NCBI GenBank assembly: GCA_052279835.1
Contig: CP181291.1
Location: forward strand, 4,224,001 to 4,288,000
Reading direction: 5' to 3'
DNA length: 64,000 nucleotides
DNA from: Microcoleus sp.
Lineage (GTDB): Bacteria > Cyanobacteriota > Cyanobacteriia > Cyanobacteriales > Microcoleaceae
Part shown: positions 11,527 through 22,465 of the stretch, one piece after another
Numbering within the stretch: the stretch's first letter is position 1
Layout: each line of letters begins with the position of its first letter
Notes under the pieces: model-generated
Told to the model about the DNA's origin: nothing
Seen by the model: only the letters and a program-made list of their open reading frames with translations
The model's database searches: none
Translations under genes and position numbers: made by a program

Positions 11527-11817
11527 ATGGCCCATAAGAAAGGTACAGGCAGTACACGTAACGGACGCGACTCTAATTCTCAGCGTCTTGGTGTCAAAAA
11601 GTACGGCGGTCAAGTTGTCAAAGCTGGCAATATTTTGATTCGTCAACGCGGCACGAAAGTTCACCCTGGTAATAATGTTGGTATTGGCAGAGATGATACT
11701 CTGTTTGCCATGATTGATGGTGTGGTGACTTTTGAAAGAAAGGGCAAAACTCGCAAGAAAGTCAGCATTTATCCTGTGGTTGTAGCAGCACCTGCGGCTG
11801 AAGCTGTAGCGGTTTAA
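11527..11817 (+). CDS. rpmA: 50S ribosomal protein L27
   Basis: [24 protein letters not shown]. Confidence 0.99.
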   Translation: MAHKKGTGSTRNGRDSNSQRLGVKKYGGQVVKAGNILIRQRGTKVHPGNNVGIGRDDTLFAMIDGVVTFERKGKTRKKVSIYPVVVAAPAAEAVAV

Positions 11818-12179
11818 TTGTGATATTTTGCGGCGTTGTTTAAGTTTTTTTTGTGGGTCTCTAATTCTAGATCCCCCCTAACCCCCCTTAATAAGGGGGG
11901 GACAAGAAAATTCATTTACTCGTTCCTAGGCTATTTTCCTGGTTCCTAGGCTCTGCCTAGGAACGCATTTCTAGAGGATCTGCCTCCTGATTTTCTATCT
12001 CAATATACCCATATCCCCTATTTCTTTAAGAAGTCGGGGATATCATGTTTTTTAGGCAAGTTTTGTGAGAAATTCGGAATGATTTAACCACAGAGGGCGC
12101 AGAGGGCGCAGAGGAGGAGAATAGAGATAGTTGAATAATTTTGATCCGAAGGGAGTTGATGTGGTTAGTTGGTTTGTGG

Positions 12180-12392
12180 CTAGCCTCCTCCCACAATGGT
12201 TACAATTTCTAAGATGTCGCCTTCTTGGATTTGTGTGGTTTCCCAGAATTGTTTGTGCAGAATTTCGCCGTTGTATTCGACAGCTACTAATCGCGGATTT
12301 AAGCCTAGTTGTTTTAAGAGTTCGGGTAATGGTGTTTCGATCGCACAATTACGACTTTCTCCGTTGACTTGTAGCGCAATTTGATTGGTCAT
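12180..12392 (-). CDS. thiS: Sulfur carrier protein ThiS
   Basis: VNGE start, VAVEYNGEIL, C-terminal IVGGG; next to thiE. Confidence 0.95.
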   Translation of the reverse strand: MTNQIALQVNGESRNCAIETPLPELLKQLGLNPRLVAVEYNGEILHKQFWETTQIQEGDILEIVTIVGGG

Positions 12393-12510
12393 TTGTTTAT
12401 TAGTTTAATGATTTGAACGAACCGCGAAGACGCGAAGAACACGAAGGAAGAACTGCATTTCTTTCTTTCTCTTGCTTTGCGTTCTTCGTGCCTTCGTGGT
12501 TCATTTAATT

Positions 12511-13593
12511 TTACGACTTATTAGTTATAAGTTTGTGAGTTTTGAGCTTCTGCATCCGAATTAGCTGGGAGATGAAAAATTGGGTGACTAAAGTTGGTTG
12601 TTCGGCTTCCATGATCGATCGCACAACTGCTACTCTGGAAGCTCCGGCATTTAATACTTCGTCGAGGTTGTTGATGTCTATTCCGCCGATCGCAAACCAA
12701 GGAATCGGGGACTTAGCAGCAGCATACCGTACATAGTCCAAACCCGCAGCTTGTTTATCGGGTTTAGTGGGAGTGGAGTAGACAGGACCAACTCCAATAT
12801 AGTCGGCTCCTTCTTCAATGGCTCGCTGCATTTCTTGGGCGTTTGTGGTCGATCGCCCGATCGTCCGTCCAGGCCCTAGCAACTTGCGCGCTTCAGCTAC
12901 AGGTAGATCTTGCTGTCCTAAGTGTACACCGTCGGCATCGGCTGCGATCGCCAAATCCACGCGATCGTTCACAATTAACAAAGCATCATAGCGGTGACAA
13001 AGTTCGCATAGCTTCCGCACATGATCCAGCTTCACCGCATCGTCTGAAGTTTTGTCGCGGTACTGTACCAAAGTCAGTCCACCTTGCAAAGCAGCTTCCA
13101 CCACGCCCAACAAATTGTCTCTCCCCGAAGTTACCAGATATAACTGCGATCGCAATAACTGCTGGTAGCGTCCATAAGCGAGCAAATCGCTTTCGAGAGT
13201 ATAAACCCGATAGCGCATCTGTTTAAAAGCCTTGCCCATATTCGGATCGTAAACTTTGCCATACTCTTCAAGTACCCGCAGCGCTTCTTCCACCCGGCAG
13301 AAATTCGCCTCCAATAGCTGCTGAAGTCCAGAGCGCTGTTCTTCCTGCGGATGAGTCAGTTCCGTACCCGGATCTGCGGGCGTATCCCTAGCGCTGCGTA
13401 ATTCTGCGGTGTGCCAAACAGCCAATTCCTGACGCAGTTGCTTGCACTCGCCAGCTAAATCGGCGCTATTAAGACCAAATCGGCACCATTCTTCAATAAT
13501 TCTCAATCCTTCGCGGGCGCGATCTAAATTTGCATCTAAAATCCGGCACAGAGCGGGCTGTGCCGGTAAAGTTCTGTTTGGTTTTTGCGTCAT
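12511..13593 (-). CDS. thiE: Thiamine-phosphate synthase (cyanobacterial long form)
   Basis: RILDANLDRAREGLR N-terminal domain; QYRDK, NDRVD, GVHLGQQD, GPVYSTPTK. Confidence 0.96.
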   Translation of the reverse strand: MTQKPNRTLPAQPALCRILDANLDRAREGLRIIEEWCRFGLNSADLAGECKQLRQELAVWHTAELRSARDTPADPGTELTHPQEEQRSGLQQLLEANFCRVEEALRVLEEYGKVYDPNMGKAFKQMRYRVYTLESDLLAYGRYQQLLRSQLYLVTSGRDNLLGVVEAALQGGLTLVQYRDKTSDDAVKLDHVRKLCELCHRYDALLIVNDRVDLAIAADADGVHLGQQDLPVAEARKLLGPGRTIGRSTTNAQEMQRAIEEGADYIGVGPVYSTPTKPDKQAAGLDYVRYAAAKSPIPWFAIGGIDINNLDEVLNAGASRVAVVRSIMEAEQPTLVTQFFISQLIRMQKLKTHKLITNKS

Positions 13594-13990
13594 ATAGAAC
13601 CACCTCGATCGTTAATCCAGCAGTCAAGCTGCTACATTTTCCCACTAATTTTTAAGTTTTATTGAATTTGAAGAAAACAAAGCATAATAGATCAAACTTG
13701 ATGATAGTGGAATCGTTAAACTGCATACCACACTTCGGAGGAGAGCCGTGAGGTTAGCAGAAAATCACAGATTAACGGAGAAAAACCCCAGCAGCACGCT
13801 GCCATTAAACTTCGATCGCATGGGCGAAACTTGGCTCACAGACAGGTTGTGTTTTTTTATGCTGATTTACTCAAAACAGAGCGGGTACAACTCACCTCTA
13901 GAATCATTCTCAATCAGCCTTTCCGGGACTAGCCAGATACCTACCCCACACCAAAAGTTGCTGTTTGTCGAACAGGCATCTTGCCTGTTG

Positions 13991-15730
13991 ATGAAAAAGC
14001 TGCAAAATCTTAGGTATATAGGAAAGCGATCGCCAAGCAAAGCCTTAAGTTCTTGCCTGTTGCTGCTGTTTGCTAGTGTGTCATTGTTCAAAACTCAACA
14101 GTCTGCGATCGCCGCCGAAACCCCCATAGTGCAGATAATAGCTCAGGCACAGCAGCCCGAAATCAACATCCTGTACGTCAGCTCATCGGGTGGAAGTGAC
14201 ACCACAGGTAATGGGAGCGATCGAGATCCATTCAAAACCCTTACCTATGCCTTAAGCGTCGCCCCGCCCAACACAGCAATTTTGCTAGCGCCCGGTACCT
14301 ACAGCGCCCAAACCGGCGAACAATTTCCGCTGATACTCCAGCCTAACGTGATTGTTCAAGGAAACCCCAACACTCGCGGTCAAAATATTCTCATCAAAGG
14401 CGGAGGAGACTTTCTCAGCCCCACTTCGGCTGGTCAAAATATCACCATCTTAGGCGCATCGGGAGCCAGACTCAGCGGGGTGACAGTGACGAATCCCAAC
14501 TATCGGGGTTATGCTTTGTGGATCGAATCGAGTTCTCCCACGGTGGTTAACAATACTTTTTTGGGGAGCACTCACGACGGAATTTCAGTGGTGGGTAATT
14601 CTCGCCCGATGATTAGCGGGAATCTGTTCTCGAAAAATGGTGCTAATGGGATGACCATTTATGGCACTTCCCAGCCGGAAGTTCGAGATAATGTGTTTGA
14701 AAACACTGGATTTGGGGTGAATGTAGCCGAAAAAGCTTCACCTTTGTTAATCGGGAATCAGATTACTCGTAACAAGGATGGTGTGGTGGTACAAGCTGAG
14801 GCGACACCGGTGCTCCGCAATAATTATATCGAGAGGAATCAGCGAGATGGGATTGTGGCGATCGCCCGTGCTCTCCCCGATTTAGGAACTATGACGGAAC
14901 CGGGAGGGAATGTGATTCGCAACAACGGCCAGCATGATGTGAATAATGCTGCCAAAGGTCAATTAATTCAAGCTTACGGCAATCAATTGTTGAGCAACCG
15001 CACGACTGGTCAAGTTCAGGTGGCGGGAACTTTCAACTCTCCTCTATCCATTGGTGGCCCTGATTTGGGGTTCGTTGCTCAACCTCCCAGAAGCGGTGGA
15101 CCAGATAGCTCTTTACCTGTTTATACCACAGCTCCTTTAACTCCGAGAGTTCAAAGATCGCCCCAGAGGCCTCTGTCGCCACTGTCAGCGAGTCCTGCCC
15201 AAAATCGATCGACATCGGGTCAAACTCGGTTGTCGCCTCTGTTGGCTCCCCCAAGTGCCTCTCCTTCGGCGATCGCCATTCCAGTCCCAACTCCAGATGC
15301 TCGCTCCGTTCCAGAAATTGCTGTGCAGTCCCCAATTTTGCCGCCAAACTTGGATAGTGCGATTCCGGTTCCTGCTGATGGTAAATTACCAGTTCCGAGT
15401 CGCAACATTCCTCTGGGAAGGGGTGGCTATGTACCCGCTGCTTTAGGAGGTAATTCTTTGCCTAATTCTTTGGCTAATTCTGGGGAAAATGCGCCATCAT
15501 TCGATCGAGCATTAGCTTTGGGTTTTCGGTATCGGGTGGTAGTTGATGCTCAGAGTCAGAGCGATCAAGTCAGAATGCAATCTCTGGTTCCCGATGCTTT
15601 TCGTACTTTTTCTAACGGGCGCGCCGTCATGCAAGCAGGTGCTTTTCGGGAACAGGAAAAAGCTGAGGAGTTATTACAAATGCTCACTGCTAATGGTTTG
15701 AATGCCAGGATTGAAGAGATAAAAGAATGA
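13991..15730 (+). CDS. DUF1565 / right-handed beta-helix secreted protein with C-terminal SPOR-like domain
   Basis: Signal peptide after ATG 13991; GSDTTGNGSDRDPFKTLTYAL, LAPGTYSAQTGEQFPL, parallel beta-helix repeats, QAGAFREQEKAEEL. Start uncertain. Confidence 0.75.
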   Translation: MKKLQNLRYIGKRSPSKALSSCLLLLFASVSLFKTQQSAIAAETPIVQIIAQAQQPEINILYVSSSGGSDTTGNGSDRDPFKTLTYALSVAPPNTAILLAPGTYSAQTGEQFPLILQPNVIVQGNPNTRGQNILIKGGGDFLSPTSAGQNITILGASGARLSGVTVTNPNYRGYALWIESSSPTVVNNTFLGSTHDGISVVGNSRPMISGNLFSKNGANGMTIYGTSQPEVRDNVFENTGFGVNVAEKASPLLIGNQITRNKDGVVVQAEATPVLRNNYIERNQRDGIVAIARALPDLGTMTEPGGNVIRNNGQHDVNNAAKGQLIQAYGNQLLSNRTTGQVQVAGTFNSPLSIGGPDLGFVAQPPRSGGPDSSLPVYTTAPLTPRVQRSPQRPLSPLSASPAQNRSTSGQTRLSPLLAPPSASPSAIAIPVPTPDARSVPEIAVQSPILPPNLDSAIPVPADGKLPVPSRNIPLGRGGYVPAALGGNSLPNSLANSGENAPSFDRALALGFRYRVVVDAQSQSDQVRMQSLVPDAFRTFSNGRAVMQAGAFREQEKAEELLQMLTANGLNARIEEIKE

Positions 15731-16401
15731 ATTTGATGCAGCGAGTTTTGGAACCGGAGGTTATGGATTCCTGGGAAGAGGCCATCGAATACGATTCGAT
15801 GGACTTTACTGAGGTTAATTCTGCTTTTGCGATGAGTGCGGCCGCCTTGGGGCCGGTTTTTGGAAACGTTTTGGATGCGGGGACTGGTACGGCGAGAATT
15901 CCCATTGCTCTTTGTGCAATACGTCCGCAGTGGCACTTGACTGGCATCGATTTGTCGGCAAATATGCTGAAAGTCGCTGGTGAAAATGTGGAAAAGGCTG
16001 GTGTGCGATCGCAAATTAGTCTTGAATTAATTGATGCCAAGGCAATGCCCTATCCTGACAATTATTTTGACATGGTGATTTCCAATAGCATTATCCATCA
16101 TTTGCCAAATCCCCTGCCATTTTTTCAGGAAGTCCAGCGGGTGTTGAAACCAAAAGGAGCAATATTTTTGCGGGATTTATTGCGACCGGAAACACCAGCA
16201 ATCAGGGATAATTTAGTAGAGATGTATGCGGGAGATTGCAACGCGCATCAAAGGCAGTTATTCAGAGATTCCCTACAGGCGGCTTTTACTCTGGATGAAA
16301 TTCAAACTACGATCCAAACTGCGGGTTTGCATGGCTTGAGGATTTATGAATCCTCAGACAGACACTGGACGGCTGAACGTGCTTGGTGCGAGTCTGAATA
16401 G
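15727..16401 (+). CDS. Class I SAM-dependent methyltransferase
   Basis: VLDAGTGTAR, GIDLSANML, FDMVISNSIIHH; ATGA overlap with the upstream gene. Confidence 0.9.
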   Translation: MNLMQRVLEPEVMDSWEEAIEYDSMDFTEVNSAFAMSAAALGPVFGNVLDAGTGTARIPIALCAIRPQWHLTGIDLSANMLKVAGENVEKAGVRSQISLELIDAKAMPYPDNYFDMVISNSIIHHLPNPLPFFQEVQRVLKPKGAIFLRDLLRPETPAIRDNLVEMYAGDCNAHQRQLFRDSLQAAFTLDEIQTTIQTAGLHGLRIYESSDRHWTAERAWCESE

Positions 16402-16529
16402 ACTGGGTATTTGCTGCAATTGTTGCAAGCTAAGATGGTACAAGGGCGATCGCAATTTTGGTGAAGTCTAGACGCAAACCCCCACCCTAGCGGTACTCCG
16501 CTTGGTGGTGGGTAATTGACTAAACTTTT

Positions 16530-17030
16530 TTACCACCCCCAAGTTCCAGGCCCTCCTTTAAACGGGCCGACAATATCTTTAGTAATCCAGCCACCATAAA
16601 AAACGCCTTCTTGAGGTTGCACTAATTCTCCATCCACATAACAAGCATCCATCAAACCTGGATAAAAAGCCAGATAATCCTTAATCGCCTCAAAGATATT
16701 GGTGGGATTCGGATAAAACCAAGCAGCATTCACGGCTTCCTTTTCTCCCACCTTCACTGTGTAATAGCCTGCTTGTCCTTTCCACTCGCACCAAGAACCC
16801 CGCGAAGTTTTTTGCAAATATTGCATTTCTATATCTTCAGGAGATATATAGTAAAAAGGAGGGTGACTTGTCTCTAATACCCTTTGAGCGCGGTGGGTGT
16901 CCGCAAGTGTCACACCATTAAAAATTATCTTTACGTGTTTGGTCGATTCCTCCAGACGAGGCGGCCGTGGGTAATCCCAAACTGATTCTTGACCGGGACC
17001 TGGTTTAATTCGATCGATGTTCACTGCCAA
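16530..17030 (-). CDS. DUF427 domain protein
   Basis: ESVWDYPRPP, RVLETSHPP, SWCEWKG, FYGGWIT. Confidence 0.88.
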   Translation of the reverse strand: MAVNIDRIKPGPGQESVWDYPRPPRLEESTKHVKIIFNGVTLADTHRAQRVLETSHPPFYYISPEDIEMQYLQKTSRGSWCEWKGQAGYYTVKVGEKEAVNAAWFYPNPTNIFEAIKDYLAFYPGLMDACYVDGELVQPQEGVFYGGWITKDIVGPFKGGPGTWGW

Positions 17031-17453
17031 ACTCTCCCTAATAAAACCACAATTTTTCTACTTAACATCATATTTATAATACTTAAAAAATACAAGATAA
17101 AAATTCGAGTAGATAAAAATTATCTTCACCACTCTGGTAGCTTAACTACAAACCACCAAGCTTTTTTAACAAAAATTTCCCAGGATGCAGAATTCTCAAA
17201 GCATTCGTCTGTTAGGAAAAATAAATATTTTACCTTGTGTGTTGAGTCTTGGGCCAAGGCTAGGGGGAACTACCATCTTTGACACCTTGAGAATTATCTG
17301 ATAAGGTTATAGCGACTATCAACCATCTTTAACTAAAACCGAAAATTCATGCTCCTGTAGAGTTTGTATGAGTGCCAACCTATAGCACCTGTACTCAAGT
17401 CACCCGCGATCGCACTTTGAAAACTGAGCGGGCAGCCTCCAACAATTACATCT

Positions 17454-19412
17454 ATGGAAATCCCCTTTAACATCACCCTGTTGATGGTCATGACCGTCAC
17501 CTGTGGCATTAGCGCTCAAGTTCTGGCAGCTTACTTAAAAGTTCCAGCGATCGTGTTTTTGCTGTTGTTCGGTATTTTAGCAGGGCCAGACTGTCTGGGA
17601 CTGCTACACCCAAATCTCCTCGGCAGTGGTTTGGAAGTTATGGTATCCCTTTCTGTAGCATTAATTTTGTTTGAAGGCGGCTTGAATTTGGAATTGCGAG
17701 ATTTGGGTCGAATTTCCGGCAGTATCCGCAATTTAGTTACAGTAGGCACTTTAATTACCCTCATCGGCGGCGGAATGGCCGCGCACTGGCTGGGTGAATT
17801 TCCTTGGCCGATCGCCTTTTTATATGCTTCTCTAGTAGTAGTCACCGGTCCGACGGTCATCGGCCCTTTGCTCAAACAGGTTTCTGTTGATAAACAAGTT
17901 GCCGCTTTGCTGGAAGCCGAAGGAGTTTTAATCGATCCTGTCGGGGCAATTCTGGCAGTATTGGTACTGAATATTATTTTAAACGGCAATGCAGACTTGC
18001 TAGTTTTGTTCCGAGATTTAATCGTGCGGCTGGGAGTTGGTGCAGTCGTCGGAGTGGCGGGAGGTTGGCTGCTAGGATTCATTCTCAAGCGATCGAATTT
18101 TCTGTCAGAAGACCTCAAAAACCTAGTAGTATTAGCGGGCTTATGGGGATTCTTCGGATTAGCAGAGGAACTGCGCAGCGAATCGGGATTAATGGCAACG
18201 GTACTCTCCGGTATTGTCCTCAGAGCAGCTTCTGTTCCCGAAGAAAGGCTGCTGAGGAGGTTTAAAGGTCAACTCACAGTCCTCGCTATTTCGGTGCTGT
18301 TCGTGTTGCTGGCGGCAGATTTATCCCTCGCTAGTGTAGTTGCGCTCGGTTGGGGGAGTGTGTTCACAGTTTTAGCATTAATGTGGGTGGTGCGACCGAT
18401 TAACATTTGGCTGTGCACCCTCAACAGTGGGCTGAATTGGCGACAAAAGTTATTTGCTTGTTGGGTAGCGCCTAGGGGAATTGTCTCAGCTTCGATCGCA
18501 TCTTTATTTGCCATTTTGCTAACCCAGCGGGGAATCAACGGCGGCGACTCCATTAAAGCCTTGGTATTTCTGACAATTATGATGACAGTTTTCCTACAAG
18601 GACTAACCGCCGGAGCTATGGCTCAAATATTAGGAGTCACCTCGAAATCCGCCACCGGTGCTGCCATTGTTGGGTCAAATTCTTTGAGTAGATTGATTGC
18701 TCGGTTATTTCAAGAACGCGGCGAATCTGTAGCAATTATAGACACTAACCCGGAAGCTTGTCAACAGGCAGAACGGGAAGGTTTACGAGTTTTTTTGAGC
18801 AGTGCTCTGGATCACAGTGTTTTGGAAGCCGCCGGACTGGAATCTATGGGAACTTTTTTGGCAATGACCAACAACGGTGAGGTAAACTTAGTGTTAGCTC
18901 AAAGAGCAGCAGAAGAGTTTGCACCACCAAGGGTTTTGGCAATTTTCCCCAAAGATCCGCAAGCTAACAGTGCTGTAAATAATCCCAAAATAAATCAAGC
19001 CTTTGTGTCCGATTTGTCCTTGAAGGATTGGAACGAATATTTGAACGACAAAGAGGTAAAATTGGGAGAAACGGAGTTAAAAACTACTGGATTGCAGTTT
19101 CAGTTAGCTCACTTGCAGGCTCTAATTCGGGCCGGCGAGTTAGTGCCGCTGTTATTGGAAAGACAGGGATATTTGCAAGTAGTGTCGGCGGGGCAGATTT
19201 GGCAAGCAGGCGATCGAATTATTTATTTGTTACACGATCCTACACCGAAATTGTTAAAAAGATTGTCTGGTTCATCTCAGTCTCGGTTAACTTTGGAAAA
19301 GCATCCGGTAGTGGAAGAAGTGCCGATTCCTTCTCCTGTTTTAGATTCGATTGTAGAGCCAGGTATCGTGGAGAAACCAACGGAAATTTTACAACCACCT
19401 GTTTCTAAATAG
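17454..19412 (+). CDS. Cation:proton antiporter (CPA1) with TrkA-N/RCK domain
   Basis: Multiple TM helices, VVTGPTVI, EGVLIDPVGA, APRGIVSAS; cytoplasmic AAIVGSNSL. Confidence 0.92.
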   Translation: MEIPFNITLLMVMTVTCGISAQVLAAYLKVPAIVFLLLFGILAGPDCLGLLHPNLLGSGLEVMVSLSVALILFEGGLNLELRDLGRISGSIRNLVTVGTLITLIGGGMAAHWLGEFPWPIAFLYASLVVVTGPTVIGPLLKQVSVDKQVAALLEAEGVLIDPVGAILAVLVLNIILNGNADLLVLFRDLIVRLGVGAVVGVAGGWLLGFILKRSNFLSEDLKNLVVLAGLWGFFGLAEELRSESGLMATVLSGIVLRAASVPEERLLRRFKGQLTVLAISVLFVLLAADLSLASVVALGWGSVFTVLALMWVVRPINIWLCTLNSGLNWRQKLFACWVAPRGIVSASIASLFAILLTQRGINGGDSIKALVFLTIMMTVFLQGLTAGAMAQILGVTSKSATGAAIVGSNSLSRLIARLFQERGESVAIIDTNPEACQQAEREGLRVFLSSALDHSVLEAAGLESMGTFLAMTNNGEVNLVLAQRAAEEFAPPRVLAIFPKDPQANSAVNNPKINQAFVSDLSLKDWNEYLNDKEVKLGETELKTTGLQFQLAHLQALIRAGELVPLLLERQGYLQVVSAGQIWQAGDRIIYLLHDPTPKLLKRLSGSSQSRLTLEKHPVVEEVPIPSPVLDSIVEPGIVEKPTEILQPPVSK

Positions 19413-19416
19413 TCCT

Positions 19417-19585
19417 AAATCAAGGGATGGTGTTGAATTGTTTCGGGCTTTTGGTCTCCGGCAATTACGGACTCCCGTAGTGCAACCCGATCTCATCAGT
19501 TCCGTAAACCCTAGCACTTGCCTGGTAAGAGGGGCGAAGGCTCAACTTCCCCCAGCCTCCGTGGTACTGTCTCAATTTTAGATTT
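19417..19585 (+). ncRNA. ssrS: 6S RNA
   Basis: Sequence resembles cyanobacterial 6Sa RNA from memory. Ends pair (AAATC/GATTT; GGGATGGTGTT/GGTACTGTCTC) and the inner stem GGGCTTTTG/CGAAGGCTC uses G-U pairs that work only on the + strand. Ends approximate. Confidence 0.8.
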
Positions 19586-19735
19586 GAGATAAAAATTCTT
19601 GCTAAAGTGCTAAGATTAACCTCTTGAGTTCAAAAACCCTTGCGGAAGAACCATTTAGGCTGCTAATTTGTTTGCTAACAGTGCCTCATTTATGTGTGGC
19701 TGGTTAAACCTTTTGCTTGGGGAACATCTACTGCT

Positions 19736-20215
19736 ATGGCTCGCGAGCCTATTTCTACCTGGTATTTTACCCTAGTTGTCGTTCACTTAGAAAACCGTTT
19801 TCTATTGGTACAAGAGCGCAAGTACGATCAGCAGTGGTATCTCCCGGCAGGACGAGTGGAACAAGGAGAGACATTGTTCGAGGCCGCTATGCGTAACACG
19901 GTCGAGGAAGCGGGCGTTTCTGTGATTATTGAGGGCATTCTCCGGGTAGAGCATACAGTCATGCCTAGAGGGAATGTCCGTTTGAGGGTGATTTTTGTGG
20001 CTCGTCCCGAAGACAAAACACCTCCCAAGAGCAAGCCGGACGAATATACTTTGTGCGCTGGCTGGTATTCTCTGAAGGAATTAGACCAGTTGTCTCTGCG
20101 GGGAGAGGAAGTTCGGGAAATTTTTCAATATATGGCCAGTGGTGCTCCCATTTATCCCATTGATTTGCTCAGTATTGAGGGGGCACCTTTTAAGACTCAT
20201 CGATATCGGTGGTAG
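19736..20215 (+). CDS. NUDIX hydrolase
   Basis: WYLPAGRVEQGETLFEAAMRNTVEEAG Nudix box. Confidence 0.85.
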   Translation: MAREPISTWYFTLVVVHLENRFLLVQERKYDQQWYLPAGRVEQGETLFEAAMRNTVEEAGVSVIIEGILRVEHTVMPRGNVRLRVIFVARPEDKTPPKSKPDEYTLCAGWYSLKELDQLSLRGEEVREIFQYMASGAPIYPIDLLSIEGAPFKTHRYRW

Positions 20216-20653
20216 GAAGAAGGAAGAAGGAAGAAGGAAGAGGGAAGAAGGCAGAAGGAAGAAGGCAGAAGGAAGAAGAACCCCCCCCTGCCCCTGCCCC
20301 CCCTAGGGGGGAAAAGAAGGAAGAGGGAAGAAGTCACCCCCCCTGCCCCCCCCTAGGGGGGAAAAGAAGGAATAATGCTCATACAGCAAAGCTTTTTAGC
20401 CACCTGTATCTTAGGGTAACCAAATTGGCAACGGCGGTCGATCGCCACCCTAACGGCTGTTTAATCAATTAATGGAGCAATTAATAGGTATGGAAGCGGT
20501 CGGTTGGCTAGCAGCGGCTGGCGATCGAGTAGCTTTGAGTGTAATAGTGCTATAATTACGGTTTTGAATTCCTAAATTTTTATTTTTTACCTGCTCCCAT
20601 AAAAAAATAGCGTTAAACCATAACCCATAACCCATAACCAATTCCCAGTTGTC

Positions 20654-22369
20654 ATGAATGACTCTTTCTCCCTAGTCAATACCCTCTCAGAACCGCTGCG
20701 CCAGCCATTTTGGTGGGCAGCCCTAGCTTCTATAGGTCTTCATGGAGTGCTCGGAGTTAACGCGCCTCGGATCTCAAATCTAATTTATGGTGGCAATTCA
20801 TCAAAAAACTTGCCCGGTTCGGTTGGGTTCGTGGAGCTAACTCCAGCAGAGGTAGGACGACTGCCCCAAAGCATACCCCCACTCGCATCCAATGCGAAAC
20901 CACCATTTTCGCTCGTCGCACCAGTTCCCCTACCACGCAACATCACCCCGCCCTTACCGCCAGCCCCGAACCCCATTAACTTACCAGCCCTCCCACCGGG
21001 AATGCCACCTCCGGGATTCTTTGCCCCTGCGCCTCCATCTCCTCTCCCTTCCTTAACTCCCCCCATACCTCCGAAAGCTCCATCTCCCACCATCAAAAAT
21101 CCCGCTCCTCAAACCCCCGTAGCCATCTCGCCACAGCCTCCCAGCAATCTCATCCCCCCCCCATCCCTCGGTAATTTCTCTCCGATTACTCCGCCTCCAC
21201 CACCATCGGACACCCAAACCCCCCAGCCTCCCGGAAGCCAGATGGATGAAGGGGAGTCTCTGGAAAAATTGCGAAATGCTCAGGGTAGACTGCCACTGTT
21301 TCCAGATGGAGCTGTAGTATACACCCCGCAATTCCCCATTAGAGGTACAAATTCGGAGTCTGGCAACTCACCACAATCGACTCAACAAGATCCAAATCAA
21401 GAAAATCAAGTCACAGAAAGTCCTGAAGAAAGAGCTAGGAGGCAACAATTTGAGCAGCAACAAAAACAGCTAGAACAGCAGGGAAATCCCGGACAAAACT
21501 CATCCAAGGATTCCGACAGAAATCTGGCTGCTGCAACTACATATATTGAGTTGTTTGAAAGATTCAAAAAAGCTTATCCTGACTTGGAAATGACTGGACC
21601 GACGCTTGTGAATGTCCCTTATCCCAAAACAGCTTGTTCGCAAAAACTGGAAGGGAAAGCAGTATTTGGTGCAGTTGTCAACCCCCAAGGGCTGCTGAGG
21701 GCAGAACCTCAAACCATTGCCCTGACGGGTTCCAATATTCTCGACGATGCTGCTAAATTTGCAATTATTAATCCTCAATTCATACTTCCACCAGCCAGCA
21801 CGCACAAGCTTTATCAATTGGCTGTGGCATTTAAATATGATGAAAAGGTTTGCAGCGGTATTCCTGTAACTCCCTCGGCAACCCCAGCAACGGGACCATT
21901 GCCCTCCCCAGCTCCCACAGCGGCGCCCCCAAGTCCAGGGGGAGTGAAGCCGCAGTTTGAGAAGCCTCCACGGGACTCCAGCAAACCCAAACCAGGAGTC
22001 AAGCCATCGCCTTTACCTCAACCCCAGTCAACGGCTAAACCATCGCCTTCAGCTCAACCTAAACCAGAAGCGAAGCCATCGGCATCTCCCTCTCCTTCTT
22101 CTCAACTGAAACCAGGGGCTAGAGACTTAGTGTTACCTGAACCTGAGCCATTGCCTACAGAGTCACCGATTCCTGAACCGCAGCCAGTGCCTACAGAGTC
22201 ACCGACTCCTAAACCTGTTGTTTCTCCGACTACGGAAGCGTCGCCGACAGCATCTCCATCTCCTGCTGCTTCTCCTGCTGCTTCTCCTGCTGCTGCTCCT
22301 GGGGCTGCACCGTCGCCGACTACGGAAGCGTCGCCGACAGCATCTCCATCTCCTGCTGCTTCTCCTTAG
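20654..22369 (+). CDS. Proline-rich TonB-like protein
   Basis: N-terminal anchor ALASIGLHGVL, Pro-rich linkers, TonB_C-like YPKTAC...LEGKAVFGAVVNPQG...TGSNILDDAA. Confidence 0.7.
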   Translation: MNDSFSLVNTLSEPLRQPFWWAALASIGLHGVLGVNAPRISNLIYGGNSSKNLPGSVGFVELTPAEVGRLPQSIPPLASNAKPPFSLVAPVPLPRNITPPLPPAPNPINLPALPPGMPPPGFFAPAPPSPLPSLTPPIPPKAPSPTIKNPAPQTPVAISPQPPSNLIPPPSLGNFSPITPPPPPSDTQTPQPPGSQMDEGESLEKLRNAQGRLPLFPDGAVVYTPQFPIRGTNSESGNSPQSTQQDPNQENQVTESPEERARRQQFEQQQKQLEQQGNPGQNSSKDSDRNLAAATTYIELFERFKKAYPDLEMTGPTLVNVPYPKTACSQKLEGKAVFGAVVNPQGLLRAEPQTIALTGSNILDDAAKFAIINPQFILPPASTHKLYQLAVAFKYDEKVCSGIPVTPSATPATGPLPSPAPTAAPPSPGGVKPQFEKPPRDSSKPKPGVKPSPLPQPQSTAKPSPSAQPKPEAKPSASPSPSSQLKPGARDLVLPEPEPLPTESPIPEPQPVPTESPTPKPVVSPTTEASPTASPSPAASPAASPAAAPGAAPSPTTEASPTASPSPAASP

Positions 22370-22465
22370 TTGCGGGGCGGGGATGGTTAGTTTCTCATCC
22401 TAAAAATGGGTGATGGCAATCGCTTTTTTTGACTATTACCGATCGCATTTGCCTCCTGTAATGGC

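Noticed and set aside
13600..13990. TPP riboswitch upstream of thiE
   Set aside because: No CTGAGA-type TPP core was found on the minus strand.
20209..20472. 87-aa Lys/Glu/Pro-rich ORF
   Set aside because: Derived from (GAAGGAA)n and C/G hairpin repeats.
22226..22366. 51-bp duplication in the TonB-like gene tail
   Set aside because: In-frame repeat in a low-complexity Pro/Ala/Ser linker; ordinary.
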